A stretch of DNA of 64,000 bases from an uncultured Clostridia bacterium (GTDB lineage: Bacteria; Bacillota; Clostridia; TANB77; CAG-508): positions 12,934 through 76,933 of the forward strand of contig CALXYJ010000004.1 in assembly GCA_944392945.1 (NCBI GenBank). Direction: 5' to 3'. The translations under genes were made by a program, and so were the position numbers. The notes under the pieces are model-generated. The model saw only the letters and a list, made by a program, of their open reading frames with translations. It made no database searches and was not told where the DNA came from. Positions 45,490-55,010 of the stretch are shown here, in pieces (the stretch's first letter is position 1; every line of letters begins with the position of its first letter).

Positions 45490-46278
45490 CTAAGTATTTT
45501 TTTCTTTATCTGCATCCATAACAAACTGATATCCATCCTTTTGATCTATTTCTAATGCCTTTTTTATATTCATTCCATCACTTGGATCAACATATGGAAG
45601 TATCCTTTTAGCATATATTTTTAAATATTTAAAATTTAATTCTCTTTTATAATTTGATATAGCATCCATATATTCAATATAATCTTTATTTTCTTCTCTA
45701 AACTGTTTATATTCTCTATCACATTCTTTTGCAACTTCATATGCTTTATATGCTCTACCTAATATTTCTTTTCCATTTTGAGTTTGTATAACTTCATAAT
45801 AATTTTCTGGAGATATTTCTAACCCCATTTTTCTTAAGACATCACATCTATCTTGAACTGCTTTTTTCTTTATATATTCTTCTTCAGAACGCAATAATTC
45901 ATCATCAAAAGCAAATAATTTTCCATAACTACTAAATTGATTTTCTTGAAAGAAAATTTTTAATATTTTTTTATTTTCGTCTGATAAATTATATGTTCCA
46001 TTTTTATATACTTTTTCTTCTTCTTCCCTTTGGATTTTAATACCAATTTTTTTTAGGAACTTTATTCCTAACATTTCTGAAAATTTTGATTGCCTTTTGT
46101 AAAAATCATTCTCTATATCTTTTGCCGTAACATAAGAATTAATATATGTATTATTTAAAGCTTCCTCAATTTGATTTCTGTGTTTTTGTCCATATACTTC
46201 TACAATTGATTGGATTATCAATGATTTTACTTTTTCCATCGAAATTCTATATCTATCAAAAACTTTACTTTTTATCAT
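45490..46278 (-). CDS. Hypothetical protein, 262 aa (possibly the N-terminal part of one gene with 44321..45478)
   Basis: ORF track. Ends in ...GAA AAA AAT ACT TAG. The downstream ORF frame (-1) is already open across the A7 run. Confidence 0.5.
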   Translation of the reverse strand: MIKSKVFDRYRISMEKVKSLIIQSIVEVYGQKHRNQIEEALNNTYINSYVTAKDIENDFYKRQSKFSEMLGIKFLKKIGIKIQREEEEKVYKNGTYNLSDENKKILKIFFQENQFSSYGKLFAFDDELLRSEEEYIKKKAVQDRCDVLRKMGLEISPENYYEVIQTQNGKEILGRAYKAYEVAKECDREYKQFREENKDYIEYMDAISNYKRELNFKYLKIYAKRILPYVDPSDGMNIKKALEIDQKDGYQFVMDADKEKNT

Positions 46279-46408
46279 ATTTTACCTTCACATTTTTTTT
46301 ATTAATTCTAACACATCAAATTTCTATATTCAATATATCATAATTAGTATATTTTACGTAATTATGCACAAAATATTAGTATGAATTATTTCCAATGGAG
46401 GAGATTTT

Positions 46409-46804
46409 ATGAGTAATGTTGATTGGTCATCTGTCTTTGAATGGACAACTCTTTTAAAAAGTTTTGTTGTTGGTGGTTTAATATGTGTTGTTGGACAAAT
46501 TTTAATAGATAAAACTAAATTGACATCTGCTAGAATTTTAGTTACTTTTGTTACTTTAGGTGTTATATTGGGTGGACTTGGTATCTACAAATATCTAGTA
46601 GATTTTGCTGGAGCTGGAGCGACTGTTCCCCTTACTGGATTTGGATATAATTTAGCCAAAGGTGCTATAGAAGGTGTTAAAACTTCTGGTTTATTAGGAG
46701 CATTTACTGGTGGTATAAAAAATGCTGCTGGTGGTATCGCAGCAGCCATTTTCTTCGGATATCTCGCTTCTTTAATTGCAAAACCTAAAATGAAAAAGCA
46801 ATAA
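46409..46804 (+). CDS. spoVAE: Stage V sporulation protein AE (SpoVAEB-type)
   Basis: VVGGLICVVGQILID...GAGATVPLTGFGYNLAKG pattern. GGAGGAG RBS. Confidence 0.85.
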   Translation: MSNVDWSSVFEWTTLLKSFVVGGLICVVGQILIDKTKLTSARILVTFVTLGVILGGLGIYKYLVDFAGAGATVPLTGFGYNLAKGAIEGVKTSGLLGAFTGGIKNAAGGIAAAIFFGYLASLIAKPKMKKQ

Positions 46805-46823
46805 AGATTAAATTCTTTATTGC
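46798..46823. terminator. Bidirectional hairpin spanning both convergent stop codons
   Basis: GCAATAAAG-attaaatt-CTTTATTGC. Confidence 0.5.
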
Positions 46824-47320
46824 CTTAAAAGTGTAAAAAAAGTTAAATTACTTAAAAAACTTTTTAAACTATCAGATAAATTAACGTTTTTATATATTTT
46901 ATCATGAACTATATCTTGTGCAAATTTCATTCTCTTCGTTTTTATTTGTATTTCTAGGGGAATATTATTTTCTATATGATAATTTAAATGCACACTTTGA
47001 TAACCATTTTTAGGATTTCTAATATAGTCTTCTTCTAAACACTCTCCTAAATTATTTTCCAATATATTTTTTACTTTATAAACATCTTCAACAGTATTTG
47101 TAATAACCATATATCCAATATAATCACTTATTTGATTTGCAGAATTAAAATTTCTTACTTTCATTTTTTCTAATGCTGATTTTTTGTCTTTAACTCTTGA
47201 GATTACTTGTATATTTTTATTAAATTTTAGTATATCATTTATTTTGTATAAATATTTATTACAAATTCCGTTTTGATTTATATAATCTATAATTGATAAA
47301 ACTTTTTGTTCTTCTACCAT
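46817..47320 (-). CDS. RelA/SpoT-homolog synthetase-domain protein, minimal small-alarmone-synthetase-like (167 aa)
   Basis: RVKDKKSALEKMKVRN, DYIGYMVI, GYQSVHL, EIQIKT, HDKIYK correspond to Syn motifs 1-5. Confidence 0.6.
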   Translation of the reverse strand: MVEEQKVLSIIDYINQNGICNKYLYKINDILKFNKNIQVISRVKDKKSALEKMKVRNFNSANQISDYIGYMVITNTVEDVYKVKNILENNLGECLEEDYIRNPKNGYQSVHLNYHIENNIPLEIQIKTKRMKFAQDIVHDKIYKNVNLSDSLKSFLSNLTFFTLLRQ

Positions 47321-47381
47321 ATATTTTCCCCCCTTCCTTTATATATTATATGTTTTATATAGTTTATAATTTATTTTTTCA

Positions 47382-47411
47382 TAAAAAATACTAGTTATAA
47401 AAACTAGTATT
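47382..47411 (-). terminator. rplT terminator
   Basis: AATACTAGTT/AACTAGTATT stem followed by a T-run on the minus strand. Confidence 0.6.
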
Positions 47412-47428
47412 TGGATAATAATTTTAAT

Positions 47429-47779
47429 TTATGCTTTTTTTGCCATTTCAGCTATTTCTGTAAATGCTTTTGGATCTGTAATAGCAATGTCTGCTAACAT
47501 TTTTCTATTAATTGTTATATTTGCCTTTTTTAAACCTGCTATTAATTTGCTATATGATATTCCATTCATTCTTGCTGCAGCATTTATTCTTGTTATCCAT
47601 AATTTTCTAAAATTACTCTTTTTATCTTTTCTTGCAATATAAGCATACATTCCAGATTTCATAACAGCTTGTTTAGCCATTCTAAATCTATAATGTTTTG
47701 CTCCAAAATATCCTTTTGCTTGTTTTAATACTTTTTTATGTTTTTTACGAGTAATTCTTGCTGTTTTTACTCTTGCCAT
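47429..47779 (-). CDS. rplT: 50S ribosomal protein L20
   Basis: [26 protein letters not shown]... Confidence 0.97.
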   Translation of the reverse strand: MARVKTARITRKKHKKVLKQAKGYFGAKHYRFRMAKQAVMKSGMYAYIARKDKKSNFRKLWITRINAAARMNGISYSKLIAGLKKANITINRKMLADIAITDPKAFTEIAEMAKKA

Positions 47780-47811
47780 TTTCTATTCCTCCTCATTCTT
47801 CGTTCTTTTTA

Positions 47812-48009
47812 TTAACCATAAGGTAATAATTTTTTAATTCCTCCAACACATGTTTTATCTGCATATGAATTTTGTTTTCTAGACATTTTTTGTCTACTTG
47901 TTTTTGTTGATAATCTGTGTCTTGAATTTGCTGAAGTTCTTTTTACTTTTCCTTTTGCTGTAAGACCATATCTTTTACTTGCAGCTTTATTTGTTTTTAA
48001 TTTTGGCAT
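47812..48009 (-). CDS. rpmI: 50S ribosomal protein L35
   Basis: MPKLKTNKAASKRYGLTAKGKVKR... Confidence 0.95.
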   Translation of the reverse strand: MPKLKTNKAASKRYGLTAKGKVKRTSANSRHRLSTKTSRQKMSRKQNSYADKTCVGGIKKLLPYG

Positions 48010-48028
48010 TTTAATTGCTCCTTTCTAT

Positions 48029-48538
48029 TTATGCTTTTTTTGATAAAATTACAAACATATTTCTACCTTCTAATAAAGGTTTCTTTTCTGGAACTGCTAT
48101 ATCACTTAATTCCTCTATGAATTTGTTTATAACAGCTTCTCCCAGTTTAACATTATTAACTTCTCTTCCTCTAAATCTAACTGTAATCTTTACTTTTGCT
48201 CCATCTTCTAAGAATTTTCTAGCATTTTTAGATTTAAATCCAAAGTCATGTTCTTCTATATTAGGTGTTACTCTAATTTCTTTTAATTCATAAACTTTTT
48301 GCTTCTTTTTAGCTTCTTTTTCCCTCTTAGCTTGCTCAAATTTATATTTTCCATAGTTCATTATTTTGCAAACTGGTGGTTCTGCATTTGGAGAAACTAA
48401 AGCTAAATCTAAATTCTTTTCTGAAGCTATGTTAAGAGCTTCGCGAAGTGACATTACTCCTAATTTTTCTCCGTTTTCGCCAATTAAATTAACTTCTCTT
48501 GCTCTTATTTTTTCGTTAATAAGTAAATCTTGTTTTAT
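48029..48538 (-). CDS. infC: Translation initiation factor IF-3 (probable non-AUG start, ATA)
   Basis: IKQDLLINEKIRAREVNLIG... is a typical IF-3 N-terminus. GGAGGTG lies 7 nt upstream of ATA at 48536-48538. The ATG at 48568 has no RBS and adds a non-conserved extension. Confidence 0.85.
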   Translation of the reverse strand: MKQDLLINEKIRAREVNLIGENGEKLGVMSLREALNIASEKNLDLALVSPNAEPPVCKIMNYGKYKFEQAKREKEAKKKQKVYELKEIRVTPNIEEHDFGFKSKNARKFLEDGAKVKITVRFRGREVNNVKLGEAVINKFIEELSDIAVPEKKPLLEGRNMFVILSKKA

Positions 48539-48759
48539 TCTAAAACACCTCCGTATATTTTCAGCCAAATATATTTATAATTATATTTGAACATAAAAAA
48601 ATGAATTAACTTAAAGACGCAAGTTAACCCACTAAAATAATTACATATTAAAATAAAATATTTAATTATTTACCTTTCTATCTTTATAGATAAGGTGGAA
48701 GTGGTTACCTTCTTCTTTAATCGCTTATATATAATAACATCGATTTATTTATTTGTCAA
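48539..48759 (-). promoter_or_regulatory. infC operon promoter plus leader with attenuator-like hairpin (L20-leader position)
   Basis: Minus strand TTGACA, 17 nt, TATTAT (48731-48759). About 185-nt leader. TTAACTT...AAGTTAA hairpin plus T-run at 48594-48627. Confidence 0.4.
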
Positions 48760-48852
48760 TACTTTTTTAACTTTTAATTACTCAATATGAAAAAAATGAA
48801 CCCTCTTTATTAAACTTTTTTGTCTAATAATTTAGGTTCATTTCAAATTAGT

Positions 48853-49965
48853 TCATTTTTTTGTTTCTCTTTGATATTCCTCTCCAGATTTAAATAAAAT
48901 ATTTTTTATAGACTGCATAATAATCTGGAATTTATTTCTTCTTTTAGCTGGTAAATTTACAACTTCCTGAGCAATTTCTTCATAATTTACTCCATTTTCT
49001 AATTCGTTATATTTATTTTCTAATTTATTCATTGTTTTAATGTAATATTCATTAAATGTATCTATTCCATCCACAAAACCAACTAAATCTTTATAATTAT
49101 ATAATGACCTTCTATAATTTTCTACTTGTTCTAAATTAGAGATTCTTTCAAAAGATTTATCAAAATATGATGTAATTATCAAATTTTGTGATTCCATAAA
49201 TGTATTTTGAATATCATTTTTAATTTTTAATCTTTTTTTATTTAAATTTGAGTTTAAATTATCTTCAACTTCCATTTTATTGTTTAATTTTAACAATTCT
49301 TCTTCTAAATTTAGTAATTTATCAAAATTCTTTTCTAAAGTATAAAAAGTTGATTCTGATGTTTTTTCTATAAATTCTTCTTTAAAATTATTATTACTAT
49401 TAAATGTACTATCAAATAAAACTTTTTCACCTGTTACATATCCCATTTGTGCAATCAAATTACAGATTAAAGGATAACAAGTTGGACTTATTGTATCAAA
49501 TGTTATTCCATAATATTTAACATTATCTTTTGGCTCCTTTAATGCTTTTGCTGTAGCATATTGTACAGCAGCCTCGTTTAATGCCAATCCATGCACTTTA
49601 TATTGAGTTAAATCACATAACCCCAATCTTATTAAAAATCCTGTTTTATCTTTTCTCTCTTGTAAATAATGAATACATTCATGTATTGCATATTTTTCTA
49701 TATCTTCTATGGGAATTTCGTGATTAAAATAAATTGAAGTATTTTTATAGAAATAATTAGCTTCGGAAAAACCTTTTGGTACTTCTGCATAATACATTTT
49801 TAATTGTGAAAGTTTAATAAATATTTCACCTAATTTAAAGTTAAGTTCAGGGAACGCTGCAACTATTTTTTGTGCAACATTTTTAGCTATAGTATTTACT
49901 TTTATCTTATCTAGTTCTTCTATAACTTTTATTCCTTCTTTTCTTAAATTTGATTCTATCCCCAT
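48853..49965 (-). CDS. Hypothetical protein with HExxH motif (putative metallopeptidase) and coiled-coil C-half, 370 aa
   Basis: YAIHECIHYLQE motif. No signal peptide or TM segment. Confidence 0.55.
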   Translation of the reverse strand: MGIESNLRKEGIKVIEELDKIKVNTIAKNVAQKIVAAFPELNFKLGEIFIKLSQLKMYYAEVPKGFSEANYFYKNTSIYFNHEIPIEDIEKYAIHECIHYLQERKDKTGFLIRLGLCDLTQYKVHGLALNEAAVQYATAKALKEPKDNVKYYGITFDTISPTCYPLICNLIAQMGYVTGEKVLFDSTFNSNNNFKEEFIEKTSESTFYTLEKNFDKLLNLEEELLKLNNKMEVEDNLNSNLNKKRLKIKNDIQNTFMESQNLIITSYFDKSFERISNLEQVENYRRSLYNYKDLVGFVDGIDTFNEYYIKTMNKLENKYNELENGVNYEEIAQEVVNLPAKRRNKFQIIMQSIKNILFKSGEEYQRETKK

Positions 49966-50040
49966 AATAATTCTCCTTGATACACTTATAGATATTTATA
50001 TTATACTATAACCAAGCAAAAGTTGTATAACAGTATTATT

Positions 50041-50084
50041 AAAAAAACATTACAGCTATATTACAAAATATAACTGCAATGTTT
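50041..50084 (-). terminator. leuS terminator
   Basis: 17-bp stem (with G-U pairs) followed by a T7 run on the minus strand. Confidence 0.6.
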
Positions 50085-50087
50085 ATA

Positions 50088-52586
50088 TTAACCTATTACT
50101 ATATTATAGATTTTATTTTTTACATATATTTCTTTTATAATTTGCTTACCTTCTATTAAATCCTTTATTGCTTCTCTAGCCTTTTGTTTTACTACCTCTT
50201 CATCCTCATCTTTATTTATTTTTATTGTAGCTCTAAGTTTTCCTTTTACTTGTATAGGAATTTCTATTTCATCTTCTACTGTTTTTTCTTCATCGTATTT
50301 TGGCCATTCTTTATAAGCTAATTCTCCTTCTCCACCTATTCTTTGATATAGTTCTTCTGTCATATGTGGTGCAAATGGATTTAATAATTGTAAAAATGTA
50401 GCAAATTCTGCTTTATTAATTTGTTTTTCTTTATAGAACTCATTTACCATAGTCATAAATGTAGCTACAGATGTATTAAATTTCATTTCTTCTATATCAG
50501 AAGATACTTTTTTAATAGCTTTATGCATCATTTTTTCAAATTTTTCTGAGTATCTATCTCCTTCTACTAAGAAATCTTGCATATTCCATACTCTATCTAA
50601 AAATTTCATACAACCTCTTATACTATCCATAGACCAAGGTGCTGTTTGATCAAAAGGTCCCATAAACATTTCATAAACTCTAAAACTATCAGCACCAAAT
50701 TCTTCTACTATATCATCAGGATTTATTACATTTCCCTTTGATTTAGACATTTTTTCACCATTAGTTCCTAATATCATTCCATGTGATGTTCGTTTTGCAT
50801 ATGGTTCTTTTGTTGGAACTACACCAATATCATATAAAAATTTATGCCAAAATCTTGAATATAGTAAATGTAGAGTTGTATGTTCCATTCCACCATTATA
50901 CCAATCTACTGGTGACCAATATTCTAATGCTTCTTTTGAAGCTAATGCTTTATCATTATGTGGATCCATATATCTTAAATAATACCAAGATGATCCTGCC
51001 CATTGTGGCATTGTATCTGTCTCTCTTCTAGCTTTTCCACCACAATGTGGACATGTTGTATTTATCCATTCTTCATGTTTTGCAAGTGGTGATTCACCAT
51101 TTTCTCCTGGTTCATAATCATCTACATCTGGCAATTTTAAAGGTAATTCTTCTTCTGGAATTGGAACCCATCCACATTTTTCGCAATATACCATTGGTAT
51201 TGGTTCTCCCCAATAACGTTGTCTAGAAAATACCCAATCACGAAGTTTATAATTTACTGTTCTTTTTCCTAAATGATGTTCTTCTATATATTCTATTGCT
51301 TTTTGTATTGCATCTTTAGATTCTAGTCCATCTAAGAATTCAGAATTTACTGCAATACCATTGTTTACATCTGTAAATGGCTCTGTTATTCCATATTTTG
51401 AATCAGCTTCATTTTCAAAAAGTTTAGTAAATTTAGCTTCTAATAATTCTTGAAGCATTCCAAAGTCTTCTTTTTTTGGATCATATCCTTCTGGCTTTGG
51501 TACTATTACTGGTACAATTGGTAATTTGAATTTTTTAGCAAATTCAAAATCCCTTGTATCATGTGCAGGAACAGCCATTATAGCACCTGTACCATATGTT
51601 ATTAAAACATAATCAGAAATCCAAATAGGAATTTCTTCATTTGTTAATGGATTAACTGCTTTAATTCCTTTTATTTCTACTCCTGTTTTTTCTTTATTTA
51701 ATTCTGACCTTTCAAAATCAGATTTTAATGATGCTTTTCTTTTATATTCTTCTACCTCATCAAGATTTGTAATTCTATCTTTATATTTTTCTATTAATTT
51801 ATGCTCTGGAGCTACGACCATATATGTTGCACCAAATATTGTATCTGGTCTTGTTGTATAAATAAGTAAATTATCATCTGTTCCACTTATTTTAAAATTA
51901 ACTTCTGCTCCTTCACTTCTTCCAATCCAATTTATTTGTTGTGCTTTAATTTTATCTAAGAAGTCTACATCATCTAAATCATCAATTAGTCTTTGTGCAT
52001 ATTTTGTAATTCTTAGCATCCATTGACTTTTTTCTTTTTGAACAACTGGACTTCCACATCTTTCACAAACGCCATTTACAACTTCTTCATTAGCTAGACC
52101 TACTTTACAACCTGTACAAAAGTTGATTGGCATTGTTGCTTTATATGCTAATCCATGTTTATATAATTGGATAAATATCCATTGTGTCCATTTATAATAA
52201 TTAGGATCTGTTGTATTTACTTCTCTTGACCAATCAAAAGAATATCCTAATGATTTTAATTGTTCTCTAAAATGATTTATATTTTTTTCTGTAGTTATTT
52301 TAGGATGAACATGATTTTTTATTGCATAATTTTCTGCTGGAAGGCCAAATGCATCAAAACCAATTGGGAATAATACATTATATCCTTGCATTCTTCTTTT
52401 TCTTGCAATAATATCAAGTGCTGTATAACTTCTTGGATGTCCAACATGCAGACCTTGTCCTGATGGATAAGGAAATTCTATTAATCCATACCATTTTTTC
52501 TTTGAATAATCATCTTTTGCATTAAAGGTACCTTCTGCATACCATTTATCTTGCCATTTTTTCTCTACCTCTTTAAAATTGTACAT
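50088..52586 (-). CDS. leuS: Leucyl-tRNA synthetase
   Basis: HVGH (HIGH) motif, KMSKS, CP1 editing domain. Start [15 protein letters not shown] at 52586 (ORF open to TTG 52619). Confidence 0.95.
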   Translation of the reverse strand: MYNFKEVEKKWQDKWYAEGTFNAKDDYSKKKWYGLIEFPYPSGQGLHVGHPRSYTALDIIARKRRMQGYNVLFPIGFDAFGLPAENYAIKNHVHPKITTEKNINHFREQLKSLGYSFDWSREVNTTDPNYYKWTQWIFIQLYKHGLAYKATMPINFCTGCKVGLANEEVVNGVCERCGSPVVQKEKSQWMLRITKYAQRLIDDLDDVDFLDKIKAQQINWIGRSEGAEVNFKISGTDDNLLIYTTRPDTIFGATYMVVAPEHKLIEKYKDRITNLDEVEEYKRKASLKSDFERSELNKEKTGVEIKGIKAVNPLTNEEIPIWISDYVLITYGTGAIMAVPAHDTRDFEFAKKFKLPIVPVIVPKPEGYDPKKEDFGMLQELLEAKFTKLFENEADSKYGITEPFTDVNNGIAVNSEFLDGLESKDAIQKAIEYIEEHHLGKRTVNYKLRDWVFSRQRYWGEPIPMVYCEKCGWVPIPEEELPLKLPDVDDYEPGENGESPLAKHEEWINTTCPHCGGKARRETDTMPQWAGSSWYYLRYMDPHNDKALASKEALEYWSPVDWYNGGMEHTTLHLLYSRFWHKFLYDIGVVPTKEPYAKRTSHGMILGTNGEKMSKSKGNVINPDDIVEEFGADSFRVYEMFMGPFDQTAPWSMDSIRGCMKFLDRVWNMQDFLVEGDRYSEKFEKMMHKAIKKVSSDIEEMKFNTSVATFMTMVNEFYKEKQINKAEFATFLQLLNPFAPHMTEELYQRIGGEGELAYKEWPKYDEEKTVEDEIEIPIQVKGKLRATIKINKDEDEEVVKQKAREAIKDLIEGKQIIKEIYVKNKIYNIVIG

Positions 52587-52639
52587 AAGCTTCATCCCTT
52601 CATTTTTTTGTGTTTGCAAGCATTATATATCAAAAAATG

Positions 52640-52673
52640 GAAAAAGTAAACATATTTGGCTATATGTTTACTT
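52640..52673 (-). terminator. Terminator after the GNAT gene
   Basis: AAGTAAACATAT/ATATGTTTACTT stem followed by a T-run on the minus strand. Confidence 0.55.
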
Positions 52674-52730
52674 TAAATTAGTATATCATATATTTTATCT
52701 AATTCATTATAAGTAATTAATTTATTTTGA

Positions 52731-53186
52731 TTATAAATTTAATACCATTGCAGTTTCATCTTTTACAAAACCTAGTTTAGTATATATTCTTACTGCATTT
52801 TCTTTCTTAGTATTTAATTTTATTTTAGTTATTCCTTGCTTTTGTATTTCTTTTATACTATTACTTACAAGTTCATTCATTATTCCTTGGCCTCTATATT
52901 CTCGCTTAGTATATGCACTACATAAGTAAGCCATTTTACCAGTATGATTTTCCATTGTAGGGAAACTATTCCACACATTATATCCACATATTGCAATTAA
53001 TTCATCTTGTATATATGCTCCAAACATGTATAGTTCTTTATTTAAACATTCCTCTAAATATTGTTTTGTATATTCTAAAATATTTTTTTCTTCTTCATTT
53101 AAACATTCATGATATTCTTTTTGTTGCTCCAATCTTAATTCTAATAGTTCTGGAATATCTTGTTTATTTAGTACATTTATTTTCAT
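52731..53186 (-). CDS. GNAT-family N-acetyltransferase
   Basis: Acetyl-CoA motif YRGQGIMNELV. Length 151 aa. Confidence 0.8.
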   Translation of the reverse strand: MKINVLNKQDIPELLELRLEQQKEYHECLNEEEKNILEYTKQYLEECLNKELYMFGAYIQDELIAICGYNVWNSFPTMENHTGKMAYLCSAYTKREYRGQGIMNELVSNSIKEIQKQGITKIKLNTKKENAVRIYTKLGFVKDETAMVLNL

Positions 53187-53204
53187 CTTTATTCTCCCAT
53201 ATGA

Positions 53205-54443
53205 TTAGTCTAATAAATATTTAGCTATTTCTTCTGAAGCATTTCTACCAGAACGTGCAGCCCATGCAACAGTTGCTTTTGTTCCTATTAAATCTCCCCC
53301 AGCAAATACACCCTTTTTAGATGTCATATATTTCTCGTCAACTTTTATATTTCCATACTCAGTTGTCTCTAATCCTGTTTTTTCTACTACTTCTTTATTA
53401 GCTTTAGATCCTACTGCCATTACAACAAAATCCATATCTAATATATAATTAGAATTCTCTATAACAACTGGAACTAATCTTTTCTCTCCTTCTTTTTGAA
53501 CAAGTTCCGTTTTTATACATTCAATTTTTTCTACTTTATCATTACCCATTATTTTTATAATATTATTTTGGAATAAAAATTCTACTCCTTCTTTTATTGC
53601 CTCTTCTACTTCATAATCTTCTGCTGGCATTTGTTCTCTAGCCCTTCTGTATATAACATATACATTTTTAGCACCTAATCTTTTTATTGTTCTTGCAGAA
53701 TCCATTGCAACATTTCCTCCACCTATTACTGCAACAGATTTACCTTCATAATTTGGATGTCTTCCTGTTTCTAATAATTCATTTCCTCCATATACTCCAT
53801 CTAAATCTTCTCCTGGTATATTCATTTTAGCAGAAATATTAGCACCAAAACTTAAATAAATAGCATCATATTTATCTTCTAAATCTGATAGTTCATAATC
53901 TCTTCCTAATTCCTGGTTACATTTTTCTTCTACACCTAAACTTAATATCTTTTCTACAGTTCTATCTATTATATCTCTTGGTAATCTAAAATCAGGAATT
54001 CCATATCTTGTAATTCCACCAAGTTTTGGTTGTTTTTCGTATATTGTAACTTTAGCTCCTTTCTTACTTAAAAAAGCAGAGCATGTAAGACCAGAAGGTC
54101 CTCCACCTATTACTGCAACTTTTTTACCTTGTAATTGGCTTGTTTTTTCAATTTCAAAATTTTGTTCTAAAGCATTATCAAATACATAACTTTCTAATTT
54201 ACCAATATTTATTGGCTCTGATTTTATACCTCTTACACAATTTCCCATACATTGTTTTAAATGAGGACATACTCTTCCACAAATTGCCCCCAATACTGTT
54301 GTATTTGTTAATATATTAAATGCTTCTTCTAAATTTTCTTCTTTAACCTGTTTTATAAAACCTGGTATATCATTTTCTAATGGGCAACCTTTTTGACATG
54401 GTTTTGTTTTACAGTTTAAACATCTATTTGCTTCTTCTATCAT
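53205..54443 (-). CDS. GltD-family FAD/NAD(P)-dependent Fe-S oxidoreductase (glutamate synthase small-subunit-like)
   Basis: N-terminal Cys clusters (CLNCKTKPCQKGCP, CGRVCP), two dinucleotide folds (VAVIGGGPSG, VAVIGGGNVAMD), GVFAGGD. Confidence 0.8.
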   Translation of the reverse strand: MIEEANRCLNCKTKPCQKGCPLENDIPGFIKQVKEENLEEAFNILTNTTVLGAICGRVCPHLKQCMGNCVRGIKSEPINIGKLESYVFDNALEQNFEIEKTSQLQGKKVAVIGGGPSGLTCSAFLSKKGAKVTIYEKQPKLGGITRYGIPDFRLPRDIIDRTVEKILSLGVEEKCNQELGRDYELSDLEDKYDAIYLSFGANISAKMNIPGEDLDGVYGGNELLETGRHPNYEGKSVAVIGGGNVAMDSARTIKRLGAKNVYVIYRRAREQMPAEDYEVEEAIKEGVEFLFQNNIIKIMGNDKVEKIECIKTELVQKEGEKRLVPVVIENSNYILDMDFVVMAVGSKANKEVVEKTGLETTEYGNIKVDEKYMTSKKGVFAGGDLIGTKATVAWAARSGRNASEEIAKYLLD

Positions 54444-55009
54444 ATTTCCTCCTTATGTATTTTTTTATTATAAAAATAACTTAATATTGCTATTAGTTCT
54501 GCTGAAGAATGAATTTCTCCATTTTTATATAATTGCTTTAATTCATCTATAGATATTTTCTTTACTTTTATATCTTCTGTTGGATCTAAATGTCTATGTG
54601 TCTTTTTTAAATCTTTTGCTTTAAAAATATATACCTTTTCGTCAGAATATCCTACTGCTGGATATTCATATGTTATCTGCTCTATTTTTCCAGCTCTATA
54701 TCCTGTTTCTTCTTCTAACTCTCTTATTGCAGCATCTTCTGGCTTTTCTCCCTCTTCTATTAATCCTGCTGGAAATGCTAATATACTTTTTCCTATTGGA
54801 GTTCTTATTTCTTGAATCATAATTAAAGTATTATCATCCAAAAATGGCATAATTACTGCACCATTTCCTGCTTTTATATGTTCACGATAAATTTCTTTTT
54901 TATCTCTTTTATTATAGTATCTTTCTATTTTTACCTTAACTCTTTTCCCATTAAAAGCTTCTTCCTCACTTAGTTTTTCATAATCCATATCTTTAAAATA
55001 TTTTGGCAT
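54440..55009 (-). CDS. Nudix hydrolase (ADP-ribose pyrophosphatase-like)
   Basis: Nudix box GLIEEGEKPEDAAIRELEEETGY. Confidence 0.85.
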   Translation of the reverse strand: MPKYFKDMDYEKLSEEEAFNGKRVKVKIERYYNKRDKKEIYREHIKAGNGAVIMPFLDDNTLIMIQEIRTPIGKSILAFPAGLIEEGEKPEDAAIRELEEETGYRAGKIEQITYEYPAVGYSDEKVYIFKAKDLKKTHRHLDPTEDIKVKKISIDELKQLYKNGEIHSSAELIAILSYFYNKKIHKEEI

Positions 55010-55010
55010 A

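Noticed and set aside
52587-52730. T-box leader upstream of leuS
   Set aside because: Only about 140 nt are available, and part of that is taken by the GNAT terminator. No GGTGG-ACC T-box motif or specifier structure is seen.
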